Below are positions 20,992 to 32,330 of a stretch of 32,465 nt of DNA, in pieces. Numbering within the stretch: position 1 is the stretch's first letter; every line of letters begins with the position of its first letter. The translations under genes were made by a program, and so were the position numbers. The notes beneath the pieces are model-generated. The model ran no database searches. It was not told the origin of the DNA and saw nothing but the letters and a program-made list of their open reading frames with translations. Source of the stretch: Octopus sinensis (lineage: Eukaryota). The stretch spans positions 1 to 32,465 of the forward strand of contig NW_021832444.1 of NCBI RefSeq assembly GCF_006345805.1, written 5' to 3'.

Positions 20992-22220
20992 TCAGGTCAT
21001 CCCATAAATAATGTCCGAAATATCCTAGATGTGATTTGTATCAAATTCTGCTGTATTCTAAAATATCAAATGATATTGATACTCATATGAGTTTGGAAAC
21101 CTTTAACTTAATATAGTTTATTTTTACTATTAATTACTAATACTGAATTAATTACTAATATCAACACCTCAAAGACGAATGTTTCGAAGGGGCACTTAAG
21201 GCTCATAATGCTTTATGAGTTCAAAAAAGGAAACGGTGCAGTAGAAGCAACACGAAATATCCATTTTGCTTGAATGAAAGAGTGCTTGAATGAAAGAAGT
21301 TGCAGAAGATGATTCGTAAAGAGGCCACGAATAGGATGTTCTGTTGGATTTGATGATGAACTTCTTTTGTCAGAGATTTGGAAGGATGATGCTGTGTCAG
21401 ATGAAGAATAGGCAACTGTTCATTGCCATCTTCAACGGCTTGGAAAGGTGCCCAAACTCGGAAAATGGGTGACCCATGATTTGACAGAAGCCGACCGGAA
21501 ATTCCGAATGAACACCTACTCACCTCTTCACTCTCCTGAACCACTTTTGAACAGGTTAGTGACCAGTGATGAAAAATTGATTTTTTATGAAAATTTTAAG
21601 CGATACAGGCAATGGATAGGTTGCGGAGAACAGGTTAAACCTCAACCCAAACATGACCTCTATGTAAAAAAAGGTTCTTCCTTCTGTTTTTGGTGAGATT
21701 GCATTGGTATCATCGACTTCGAGCTGCTGCCATCTAATGCAACAATTACTGCTCACATCTATTGCCCACAATTAGAGCATTTGGATGCTGCTTTGAAGGC
21801 AAAAAGCCTGCTTTGGCGAATCGTAAGGAAGTGGTGTTCCAGCATGATAATGCAAGGCCCCATACTGCAAAGATTACATTTAAAAAAATTGAAGAACTTG
21901 GCTGGGAAAAATCCCTCACCCGCCTTATTCTCTGGACCTTGTTCCTTCTGATTACGATTTGTTCCGAAGCTTAAAGAATCACTTAGATGGATTAGTGCTG
22001 TTAAGCCCCAAAGAGGTTGAAACTGACTTCTCTTCTTTCTTCTCATTAAAACCAAGAGTATTCATTTTTGCCAATGGAATTAAAATTCTGAGTAGATGGA
22101 AGGAAGTCATCGATAATGATGGGAATTATATACAGGATTAAATTTCCAGAAAATATGAAATTAGATTCCCTTTTTTTTTACCTTATCCAAAATTCGGATA
22201 TTACTTATGGGATGACCTGA
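20992..22220 (+). mobile_element. Mariner (DD34D) DNA transposon, 1229 bp, 28-bp TIRs, inactive
   Basis: TIRs tcaggtcatcccataaataatgtccgaa (20992-21019) and ttcggatattacttatgggatgacctga (22193-22220). TA on the left flank, TG on the right. Confidence 0.9.
21170..22141 (+). pseudogene. Mariner transposase, frameshifted
   Basis: LGKWVTHDL (WVPHEL-like), LVTSDEKLIFYEN, VFQHDNARPH, PHPPYSLDLVPSDYDLFRSL. Confidence 0.9.
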
Positions 22221-22455
22221 TGTACATCTCTATGTGTGTATTTTTGTGTCAGTATTTGTCCCTCCAACACCTCTTGTCAACGGTGTGTTTATGTCCCGTA
22301 ACATACCGGTTCAGCAAAAGAGACCGATAGAATAAGTACTAGGTTTACAAAGAATAAGTCCTGGGGGTCGATTTGTTCGACTAAAACTCCTCAAGGCAAT
22401 GCACCAGCATGGCCGCAGTCACATGACTGAAACTAGTATAAGAATAGAAGAAAGA
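22221..22455 (+). mobile_element. SINE family A, 3' half (split by mariner)
   Basis: gtgtttatgtcccgtaac...gagaccgatagaataagtactagg...ccagcatggccgcagtcacatgactgaaac. Confidence 0.85.
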
Positions 22456-22530
22456 ATATGTGTGTATATATATGTACATGTCTGTATATATGCGTGTGTG
22501 TGTATGTATGTATGTGTGTGTAAATATAAA

Positions 22531-22569
<39 letters not shown>

Positions 22570-22581
22570 GTACATACATAC

Positions 22582-22963
22582 ATGTCGTGCTGCTACTGTT
22601 TATACCTCGCTCAGATTTATTATTGCTTATTTCCACTTTTTCGAGATCAATAACTTTTTGTCACTGGAAAAAGTATAAATATATTTTTATTGAAAACCAT
22701 TTCCCATCGCCAACCAGGGGTTGTCACACGCTGATTACAGGTCAATATCCAGAAACCCGGGTCCGTGTGTACCACGTCAGGCTGGTGATGGGGACAATGA
22801 CTTCCCTGTGCAAATACTGATAGGGCACAGATAGTGTGTCAATAGCCAACTGGAGGGGATGACCTCCTAGGGCTACAAGCTACAGTAGCATCGCCCTTAA
22901 GGGTCAGCCACATTTAGGTGGCAAATATACTTCACGATGTCGTGTTGCTACTGTTTATAGCTC

Positions 22964-22964
<1 letters not shown>
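22582..22964. repeat. 355-bp-period segment bounded by a 28-bp direct repeat, hairpin-rich
   Basis: atgtcgtgYtgctactgtttataSctcg at 22582-22609 and 22937-22964 (2 mismatches). Confidence 0.75.
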
Positions 22965-23042
<78 letters not shown>

Positions 23043-23084
23043 TAGATAGATAGAGAGAGAGAGAGTGATACATACACACAAATT

Positions 23085-23222
23085 CCGCCGAAGTCGACTT
23101 TGGCTTTCGTCCTTTCGCGGTCAATAGAATAAGTACCAGTTGTGTACGGGGGTCGATGTAGTCGACTGATCCTCTCCCTCAAAATTTCAGGCTTTGTGCA
23201 CAGAGTAGAAAGGACTGTTGTG
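23085..23222 (+). mobile_element. SINE family C, 5'-truncated
   Basis: aaattccgccgaagtcgactttggctttcgtcctttcgcggtc...aatttcaggctttgtg...gtagaaaggac. Confidence 0.8.
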
Positions 23223-23262
23223 TAGGTTTGTAAGAAAATGTCATTTTGTGCATTTGTTAAGA

Positions 23263-23303
<41 letters not shown>

Positions 23304-24959
23304 TGTGTGTGTGTGTGTGTGTGTGCATGCGTGCGTGCATGTGCAATTGTCTGTGAGTGTTTGGTCATGTGTTTTAGTCTTTATGAAAACCATATTTTTG
23401 TCTAAGCGTTTGTGAGTGCATCTGTGTAAGTCTTTTTCTGATTAGATGCGTATTATTTTCATTTGTTTGTATGTGAGTGTGTATCTGATCGCATGCATAT
23501 AGCAGATTCGTCACGTTCTTTTCGTTTTCTTTGTCAGCAGAAATTGCAAAAATTTTATCGTTATATGTCAGTATGATAAACAAAATTCTTCCAACTTGAG
23601 GTTTCAAGGAGTTTCAAGGAATCCTGTGGTTTCAAGGAGGTTTCCAGATTCCATTTAGAATATTTCAGGGTTCATATCTAAAATTGAATAAGTTTAAACA
23701 TTTCATCACGACAATCGGTAGCTTTGTTTAAAAACAAAGAACAGAAAGAGAGAAAGAGAACCATGAAACCCATTTAACACGGATGCCTAACTAAAAATCA
23801 GGATTTTCATCCTCACTCATTTTGCTTGAGAGGCCCCCACAAAACCTTATATGGACGCTCCAAGGGCCCTGGTTGGGAACTACTGCATAGAATGTATTCC
23901 CCGATGGTTACTGTGAATGTATACCTGTATAGAATAAAATTATCGACTTAATTATAATTGGTTTCTAAAGTTCTTGCGAGAGGGTCCCAGAAAAATCATG
24001 TGCTTTATTCTGGAAAAATTAACCTTCAATTCAACAATTCAACTTCTCGTATGTGGACTGGTTTACCAATAATCTGAAACCATGGTATAGTGCCTCATCC
24101 CTGGTCAAAGCAACTATAGGGTTGCTGTTTAAGTTTATGAGCCAACGGAACACAACAAAAACTGGTTGGATTTGGTTTCGTCCGATCGTTCTTGGACATC
24201 TCAGCTACTAAAACTCTTCTCTCTGACCAAGATGTGGCAGTCGTCGGTAGGCTTAATGTTTTTTCAAACACTATAAGTACAGTTACTGCAGCACACCCGA
24301 CAACGTGAGATCTGTAGGCCTGTGTATGTGTGTGTGTGAGAGAGAGGCAGACAGACAGACAGAAAGAAAGAATGAAACAGTGAGCGGTTATGAATGAGTG
24401 GAGGAGAAACAGAAAATAAATGCTGAGCAACATCAAAATAATTTGCAGGTGTTAATGGAGGGTTTCCCCGACAAAGGTGTGTATATGTGTGTATATGTGT
24501 GTGTTTAAAGTGTGTGTGTGTGTGTGTGTGTGTCGGTGTCAGTGTCGGTGTGTGTGTGTGTGTGTGTGTGTGCATACGTGTTGATATATGTGAGATAGCT
24601 GACTGGCTGGATGAATGGATGGATGGAGAGCTGTTCAGGTGAGGAGGGTGTGTGGAGTATATTTGTTTTTGATAACAATAAACGGCTGTTTAAATATATC
24701 TAATCTGTTTATTTATACAACAAAATACGGGGATGGTGGGCCGAGACCAGTTCAAATCCTTCTATGGCTCTGTGACACGGTTCAATGAATTTCTTTCAAC
24801 ACACACACACAAAGACACTCAGTCACACTTGTTCACACACTTACGTATACGCACACACATACATAACACACACAACACGACTAGGTGTGAGAAAGGAATT
24901 GAAGAAAAACAACAAGTGATAGATAGATGGGTGTTGGTGTATATGCGGGCGAGTGTGTG

Positions 24960-24996
<37 letters not shown>

Positions 24997-25029
24997 TTAT
25001 GTCTGTGGTGTGTGTGTGTGTAGAACGAA

Positions 25030-25067
<38 letters not shown>

Positions 25068-25076
25068 GGATAGATG

Positions 25077-25122
<46 letters not shown>

Positions 25123-25125
25123 AAG
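25030..25125. repeat. (GATA)n microsatellite
   Basis: Read directly. Similar tracts occur at about 28080-28215 and 31130-31225. Confidence 0.95.
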
Positions 25126-26281
25126 GTGGGTGGTTAGGAAGATTAATCGATCGATTAATGGATAGAAAGAGAGAGGGAGATAGCGTATAAGAGAAGGGGA
25201 AATGAAGAGAGGGAGTAAGGGAGGAGTGAAGAGGACAGAGAGAGAGAATTAGAGAAGTAAAGAGGGGTTGAGTGCATAGGAAGGAGGCGGGGATATAAAG
25301 ATGAGATTGGTGGGGTTATTTAAAGAGAAAGTAAAAATCTGTTGAGCCAAAATGAAGATCATTTTTTCTTGTGTCCGTCACCCTTCACTAAATTTCCCTT
25401 ACAAAATCACTCTTGCATTTTCACCCATCCAACTGACTTTTTTGTTTCTCTTGGCTTTCATCTTTGTTTAGTGGCCTATTGTTGTTGTTGCTGTTGTTGT
25501 TGTTGTTGCTGTTACAATCGTCGTCGTCATCATCGTCGTTAAAATCACTTGTCATTAAAGATGCAATGAGCCACGGAGAGCGAAACCGTCAACGATCCCG
25601 TTTTGATCTTTGACTCAGTTACATTTCATTTAATTAATGTGCTGAAGAGTTGTTCTTTGTAATGGAAATGCATCAACGCCTCTAACTCTTTGTCTATAGC
25701 TGTCTGTCTGTCTATCTGTCTATCTGTCTCTGTCTGTCTATCTGTCTGTTTCACTGTCTGTCCGTCCGTCTATCATTCTCTCTTTTCTACATCTGCATGT
25801 AAATTAGAGTACCAGAGATTCACCAGGCTGTCTGAGAAACTCTTTTGTCTGATGGATTAAGATAAAGGTGGAGGAGAAGGAGCATGGCGTATGAGAGTCA
25901 CCCTCCATCTTAGACTAGTGAAACACCCCACACACACTCACACATGCGCCCACATACACCCACCCATACCACCATCACTCGTCTAATACAAAGATACACA
26001 CACACACACGCACACACACACATACATACATACATATCACCACACACCGCGACCGGTGAACTCGACGCCATTTACGTTCCGTTTAAAGGAGGAAGAAGAT
26101 TCCAGGGGAGGCATATTCTCTTGAAGAAAGAGGAAGAAGGATTGAGAATAAAATTTAGCGCAGCGAAACGGATTTTGACGCACCAAGAATCAGTAGAAGT
26201 AAAGAGATGAGCGAGTCAGGTGTGCCAGAGTGATGAAGATACGAATCAAACATGTTTCGTGGAACAGAGACTATTAGAGGT

Positions 26282-26330
<49 letters not shown>

Positions 26331-26334
26331 GGTA

Positions 26335-26820
26335 GGGAGAGGTGACAGCAGATGTGTGAGCGAGAGGCTGGGGTGTGTTCATTAGTGACTGAATATCAGT
26401 CAGCCGAGTGGTCCTACTGTGGATATGGCCCCGGATATCAGTGTGTAACAGTAGCCTTGTCCCCAATGTGGGAACAGTATTCCATTGCTTCCTTGGCTTG
26501 TGTCTTGCAGAGTATTAGCAGTTGTTGAGGACTGAGATGTTTTCTGGCCATGAAAAAAAGGGCCAGTGTTTGAGATGCAGTCCTTTCTATGCTGAGGGTA
26601 TATTTTCATTAGAAGAGATCCTCGATGGTAGGCCCAGCATTTGCAACGACCGTCAGGGCTCCAGACAAGGACCTCCCATGTTTTAGAAGGGATGTGGTGA
26701 TATGGAGTCAAAAGGCACAAAGGTTGCATGACCCAGGTGGAGGATACTCTCAGGATTTCCGTTCATGGAATCAAAAGAGATTTGGCATGAGGGGCGTCTC
26801 TCTTTCCTGAGTCATACAGA
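26335..26820 (-). pseudogene. LINE RT C-terminal fragment (CR1/L2/I-like)
   Basis: RKHLSPQQLLILCKTQAKEAMEYCSHI (cf. LLxLYKxQIRPxMEYCSHIW) and IHSRTTRLTD...PQPLAH (cf. IQxRAxRLI..LQPLxHRR). Confidence 0.65.
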
Positions 26821-26993
26821 CTCAAAAGGGCCAATTTCCCGGCTTCTGTGGTATATATACATTCCCCACCTGGACGGGACGCCAGTCAATCGAAGGGTTA
26901 CTCACTTTTGCTAGCTGAGTGGATTGGAGTGACATGAAATGAAGTACATTATTTACATTTGACAGATATTTGTCCTCATTTTGTTTGTTGTTA

Positions 26994-27037
26994 ACACAAC
27001 GTTTCGGCTGATATACCCTCCAGTCTCCATCAGGTTT
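26994..27037 (-). ncRNA. Hammerhead motif, left arm (mutated: A9G, stem I and II mismatches)
   Basis: Reverse complement: AAAC-CUGAUGG-A-GACUG(GAGGGUAUAU)CAGCC-GAAA-CG-UU-GUGU. Confidence 0.55.
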
Positions 27038-27151
27038 CTTGGGAAAATTTCGAACCCGGGTTCTCATGCCTAAGGTATTTTTCAATGTTATTATTATTAT
27101 TATTATTATTACTATTATTCAGGTCACTGCCTGGAATCGAATTCAGGCTTA

Positions 27152-27216
27152 TGGCGTAGTGGTTAAGAGCGCGGGCTACTAACCCCAAGGTTCCGAGTTC
27201 GATTCTAGGTAGTGAC
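27152..27216 (+). promoter_or_regulatory. tRNA-like Pol III internal promoter (A and B boxes)
   Basis: A box TGGCGTAGTGG (27152-27162) and B box GTTCGATTC (27197-27205). Confidence 0.75.
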
Positions 27217-27309
27217 TGAATAACAACAACAACAACAATAATAATACTAATAATAATAACATCGAAAAATACTTTAGGAATGACAACCCAGGTTCGAAAC
27301 TTCCCCAAG

Positions 27310-27356
27310 ACACCTGATGAAGGCTGGGTGGGGTTATATCAGCCGAAACGTTGTAT
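27310..27356 (+). ncRNA. Hammerhead motif, right arm
   Basis: ACAC-CUGAUGA-A-GGCUG(13 nt)CAGCC-GAAA-CG-UU-GUAU. The left arm supplies GUGU for a perfect ACAC/GUGU stem I. Confidence 0.65.
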
Positions 27357-27639
27357 TAACAACAAACAAGATGAGGACAAATATATGTCAAATGTAAATA
27401 ATGTAAATAATGTACATAATTCCTCATCTCTAAAATATACAACTGTATGAAATGAAGTGTTTTGCTCAAGAACACAACGCGTTGTCTGGTCCAGGAATCG
27501 AAACTACAATCTTACAATCAATAGACCAGCACCCCTAACCACTATGCCATGTGCTACCACTCAGCTTTGAGTGGGGATAGTTAGAGAGAACTGTCATCTG
27601 TATATCAGCGGGTGCTGTGGGAGGCGGCAGCAAAGAAGA

Positions 27640-28005
27640 TCGTAAATGCAGAGAAGAGAGTAATTGTCAAAGCCAGTCGTAAGAAGACAAAGCTGCAGCT
27701 ATATTAATCTATTGTTATACAAATAGCTTCCTACGCTTGTGAAGCCTGGAAGAAGACTGCGAAAATTTGTCAACTGATGAGAAGAGCTGGCAACGGTTAT
27801 CGCAGAAGAGTCACGCTGCCATCGCGATGGAATGGACGCTTGAGGAAGGACAAAGACCGAGGGGAAGATCAGGAAAGACGTTGTGCACTACATTCTGGAA
27901 TGAGAGAATGGCGTTGCGAAGCGAATAGTCGGAATGATTGGAGAAAGATCGTTGCCCACCGCTGTGTTGACAGCACAGAAGGATCTAAGGGCTAAGGACT
28001 AAGAG
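27640..28005 (+). pseudogene. RTE-like LINE 3' fragment with internal deletion
   Basis: TKLQLY*SIVIQIASYACEAWKKTA, AMEWT..GQRPRGR..KT, SRNDWRKIV, and a short tandem tail (ctaagggctaaggactaag). Confidence 0.7.
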
Positions 28006-28081
28006 CCAGAGATCAAGGGACAAAGACAAAATCTGAGAAACAACAAAGTTGACATCTTTCTGTCTGTCTGTCTGTCTGTCT

Positions 28082-28149
<68 letters not shown>

Positions 28150-28961
28150 TAGATAGGTAAATAAATAGTTAGGTAAATAAATAGATAGATAGACAGACAG
28201 ATAAATAGATAGATAATATACACAATAGAAAGGGGGAAGTGCTGAAATTTATTTAGATATTTAAGCACCCAGCTGTGAGAAAAAATATCCAAAATGTAAA
28301 CGCATCGCTTCTCAGCTTTTCCTGCACTGAATCTAATTTTCATTGTACTGTACATGAATAGTGTATAACTGATGGCAGGTAGCTGAGGGCGCCAATGAAG
28401 TCGTACATTACAGCGTTAGCATTATTCATGATCACTACATATGTCAGGTGTACATTCTGCACTTCTCTGAGGAGCGATTAGCAAACAGTGAAACGGTCCG
28501 TCATGGCAACCCCCCTCTTTTTTATTTACGTACGTCAAACGTATTCAAAGATTATTTTTTACATTCTAAATATTTATCATGCAGCTAGGCTAATATTTAC
28601 ATTCATTTCGGTTCTTCGTAATGTGCATCAAATAGATGTTTTTTAATTAATGATAAGTCCTGTGGAAAACCCATACGAAAATTGAACTATCCATCACGGT
28701 GCTAATCTAATTGATGAGTACTTTATATGTTGGCTGAATATTCCATAATGTTGATTAGGGAAGGAAACGAGGTACATGTTCTGTGAGTAGTAATCTTGCT
28801 TTTATTTGTTTGTTTGTTTTTCACATAAGAGGCAAAAAACACGAAAAGATCACGTGTATGTCATATAAACAGAGAAAAACATGAGGTGTTCGGCGCCTCA
28901 TGAGTGTTGAATAAATGGAAGAATAAACTCGATGATGATATTTCGATCTGTTTACGAATAT

Positions 28962-29171
28962 ATTCTTTTCTACTCTTGGCACAAGGTCCGAAATTTTGGG
29001 GGACTAGGTCAATTAGATCGACCTAGTACACAACTGATACTTAATTTATCGACCCCGAAAGGATGAAAGGCAGAGTCGACCTCGGCGGAATTAGAACTCA
29101 GAACGTAAAGACAAACGAAATAACGCTAAGCATTTCGCCCGGCGTGTTAACGTTTCTGCCTGCTCACCGCC
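28962..29171 (-). mobile_element. SINE family C, near-complete
   Basis: The + strand reads tcgaccccgaaaggatgaaaggcagagtcgacctcggcggaatt...ctcaccgcctt. Confidence 0.85.
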
Positions 29172-29299
29172 TTCCAATATACGAATATATTACCTCATAT
29201 CTTGTCACGCTGCTTCCTTTCTTCAATTATTTGAATTTTCAACAGTTTAAAACTTACATGTTGCAGACACTGAAACATAGCCATCTGTTACCATTCTGT

Positions 29300-29960
29300 C
29301 TCAAAAAATCTACACAGTTCAATACGTAATGCTTCAAAATTGCTTTTTTATCTGCAACAGTTCTTTTCAAGAGTGTCTAAAATCTAGCGGCATGAAAACG
29401 CATTTTCATTTGCCAATAGTTCAGAATTTACCTGATGAGGATAAATGGGCAGGACTGACGATGAGTGGCACAGAGGATTTTCGGAAGATTTCATAACAAT
29501 GAACCACCTTCAAATTTAATTGTTGAACATGGGACTATGAAAGCCCTCAGGAAATAATTGATCACTGCTTTCAGCCGCAGAAGGATTTCTGTCTGGTTTG
29601 GCTGCAGAACACACCATCGTTTTGGTTCCAGTTTTTAGTTTACAGCACCATAACAAAAGATACCTACTTGGAGTTCCCGAAAAATGTTTTCGTACGTGAC
29701 ATGAAAAAGAAAATAATATTGCCGAGGACGGTTCGGTTTTAAGATGGTATGCTTCCATATTAGGGCCGTAATTTATAGCAATTTCTTAATGCATAATTTC
29801 CAAAACTTTGGTGGATTCACGCTTTGATCCTTGGAAGTACAGATTTCACTTTCTCCACTCTTTAACTGTATTTCTATGAATTTCCGTTGGCTTACTCCCT
29901 CGATTTCAACACGTGTGTAATTTTGTGACGATTTAAAATGGTTGGGCGATTTAGCGTCTC
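29300..29960 (+). pseudogene. Tc1/mariner-superfamily transposase remnant
   Basis: SIRNAS..; GMK..VQNLPDED; ISVWFG; STITKDTYLEF; VRF*DGMLP (FQQDGAPP-like); QFLNA*FP..W; PLAYSLDFNTC (WPxYSPDLNPC-like). Confidence 0.6.
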
Positions 29961-30129
29961 TTTTCAGCATATTGGCTGGATTTGTTCCTATACCTTTAAT
30001 TATAATTATATATATGATTTCACCTTAATAGGTCTATTTTTATAAGCTGGCCACTGATAAATTCTTTTTAAGATTTTATCCTTTATTATTATTATAATTG
30101 AAAAATATCTGTCTATCTCTCTGACTGAA

Positions 30130-31080
30130 ATGCAATTAAGGATCAAGCAGAGACTGAGGCTGGGCGAATGGCACCGCGAGTGTCGCCAAGCTCTAGAATA
30201 ACGTTGCCGTCCGGGTTTAGACTTGTGAAACTTCAAATCCAAGGTATTCTATAGAGGGCTAGTGGAGGGGAGGTCTGATGACGTTCTTGGCGACAATCTG
30301 GGCGTCGACAGGAAATACCTGACCTGCCTCTTCAGGACCACTTTCGGGTTGGAACCTATGGACAATTTCCAGAGATTCTTGGCTTGGCAATGCTATCGGG
30401 AAGCATTGCCCATTCGAGAGAAGGTCTACAGACACGGTTCAAGAAACACCGAACCGACCTGCCCGAGAATAGGTCCGAACGACGAAACCAGAGCTGTGGA
30501 CATATGTCGAACGGCTGCTGTCTCATGTGGGACAAATCCGTTTGTCAGCCAAGTCTATCGTGAATATTGCCCCGCCACCTCCCTTTAACCGGAAAGGCAA
30601 AGCAGTTTTCGTCGTACTGGTGGCTATGGCGGAAGAATGTTTGTGGTGAACTCGTTTTGAAAGATTTAGAGATAAACATTTTCCTATCTGGCCAATCTCT
30701 CATCAACATTTTCGAGTATCACTTGAAAAGGAAGATGAGAGTAGAGAGGAAAGTGATGTCTAATGAAAGATTTAATAAAAGTTGGGTGAATGTAGCAAAA
30801 ATGGTGCGCATGAATGACGGAACCCGGAAAGCAAACAAAGGGAGAGAGAGAGGACATTTTGCTCTCATAGATTTTTTTTCCTTTCGCCGAGGTTACTTGG
30901 TTATTTTTCGTTGGTTTTTCTTTCTATGGATAACTCTAGTCAGTGTTATATTTTCTCCTCTTTTGGAGAATTCAAATTGTTAAAAAAAAAAACCTCGCCT
31001 TGTTATCTATTTGTGTACACGCCCCCGCTCAAACGTCTTTTGTTTTTCGATCCCTTTTGATCGATTTCGAAAAAGAAAAA
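30130..31080 (+). pseudogene. Tx1/L1-clade LINE 3' end (zf-RVT region, 3' UTR, A-rich tail)
   Basis: MDNFQRFLAWQCYREALPIREKVYRHG..PTCPR..DET; FEYHLKRKMRVER..F.KSW; A-runs near 30982-30992 and 31070-31080. Confidence 0.75.
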
Positions 31081-31129
31081 TTCTACATTGTATTGTCCCC
31101 TCTGTGTTAAGCCATGTGTGGCTAAATAA

Positions 31130-31220
<91 letters not shown>

Positions 31221-31498
31221 AATCCATCCGTCCGTCTGTCTGTCTGCCTGCCTGCCTGCCTGCTTGCCTCTTTAGCTCTACCTTGAAGACCACATTTTCA
31301 GAACAACAACGACGAATCGATGAAGTGACAAATATCCGAATCACTAAGCTCACGATGGATTCGATTTTATCAGTGAATAAAAGTGGCTTCTGTGTAGTGA
31401 GTACTGTGGTGGCCATTTTAATTACTCTCATGAAGATATGTTAAAGTCTCTACAGCATATTTGTAAATATGTAAATATAAACGTATGTATGTATGAAT

Positions 31499-31540
<42 letters not shown>

Positions 31541-31553
31541 TGTGTGTGTGTGT

Positions 31554-31932
31554 GGAGGCGCAGTGGCCCAGTGGTTAGGGCAGCGGTCTCACGGTCCTAG
31601 GATCGCGGTTTCGATTCCCAGACCGGGCGTTGTGAGTGTTTATTGAGCGAAATCTAAAGCTTCATGAGGCTCCGGCAGGGGGTGGTGGCGATCCCTGCTG
31701 TACTCTTTTATCCACAACATTCTCTCACTCTTTCTTACTGTTTTTGTTGTACCTGTATTTTCAAAGGGTCCAGCCTTGCCACACTGTATCATGCTGAATC
31801 TCGCCGAGAACTACGTTAAGGGTATATGTGTCTGTGGAGTGCTCAGCCACTTGCACAATAATTTCACGAGCAGGCTGTTCCGCTGACCGGATCAACTAGA
31901 ATCTGCGTCGTCCTAACCGACAGAATGCCACG
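31554..31932 (+). mobile_element. tRNA-derived SINE family B
   Basis: ggaggcgcagtggcccagtggttagggcagcg...gtttcgattcc. Homolog of 3232-3585. Confidence 0.85.

Positions 31933-32330
<398 letters not shown>

Larger units (their letters stand above)
26946..27446. mobile_element. Inverted pair of a tRNA-head/(AAT)n/hammerhead element with 12-bp TSD
   Basis: The left arm 26946-27144 (minus, 5'-truncated at the B box) is the reverse complement of the right arm 27147-27446 (+). atgaaatgaagt occurs at 26934-26945 and 27447-27458. Confidence 0.85.
26822..27560 (-). mobile_element. tRNA-derived SINE family D, split by the HHR-SINE pair (parts 26822-26945 and 27447-27560)
   Basis: Head on minus: catggcatagtggttagggg...gtttcgattcctgg...gtgttcttgagcaaaacact. 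Removing 26946-27446 and one TSD copy rejoins a continuous SINE. Confidence 0.75.

Noticed and set aside
24066-24320. Possible host exon on the minus strand (cag acceptor after CA repeat)
   Set aside because: The one long frame has an in-frame stop before the candidate donor and resembles no protein I recognise.
25642-25674. CUGAAGA...GAAA-UGCA-UC hammerhead-like string
   Set aside because: Stem I does not pair and stem II is mostly wobble pairs, which is compatible with chance.
27147-27220. Functional tRNA gene
   Set aside because: A and B boxes are present, but I could not form a clean acceptor stem, and the sequence runs into a repeat body duplicated in the inverted arm. It is a SINE head.
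27774-29438. CUGAUGA heptamers at 27774 and 29432
   Set aside because: Neither is followed by stem II and GAAA. Both lie within decayed transposon coding sequence.
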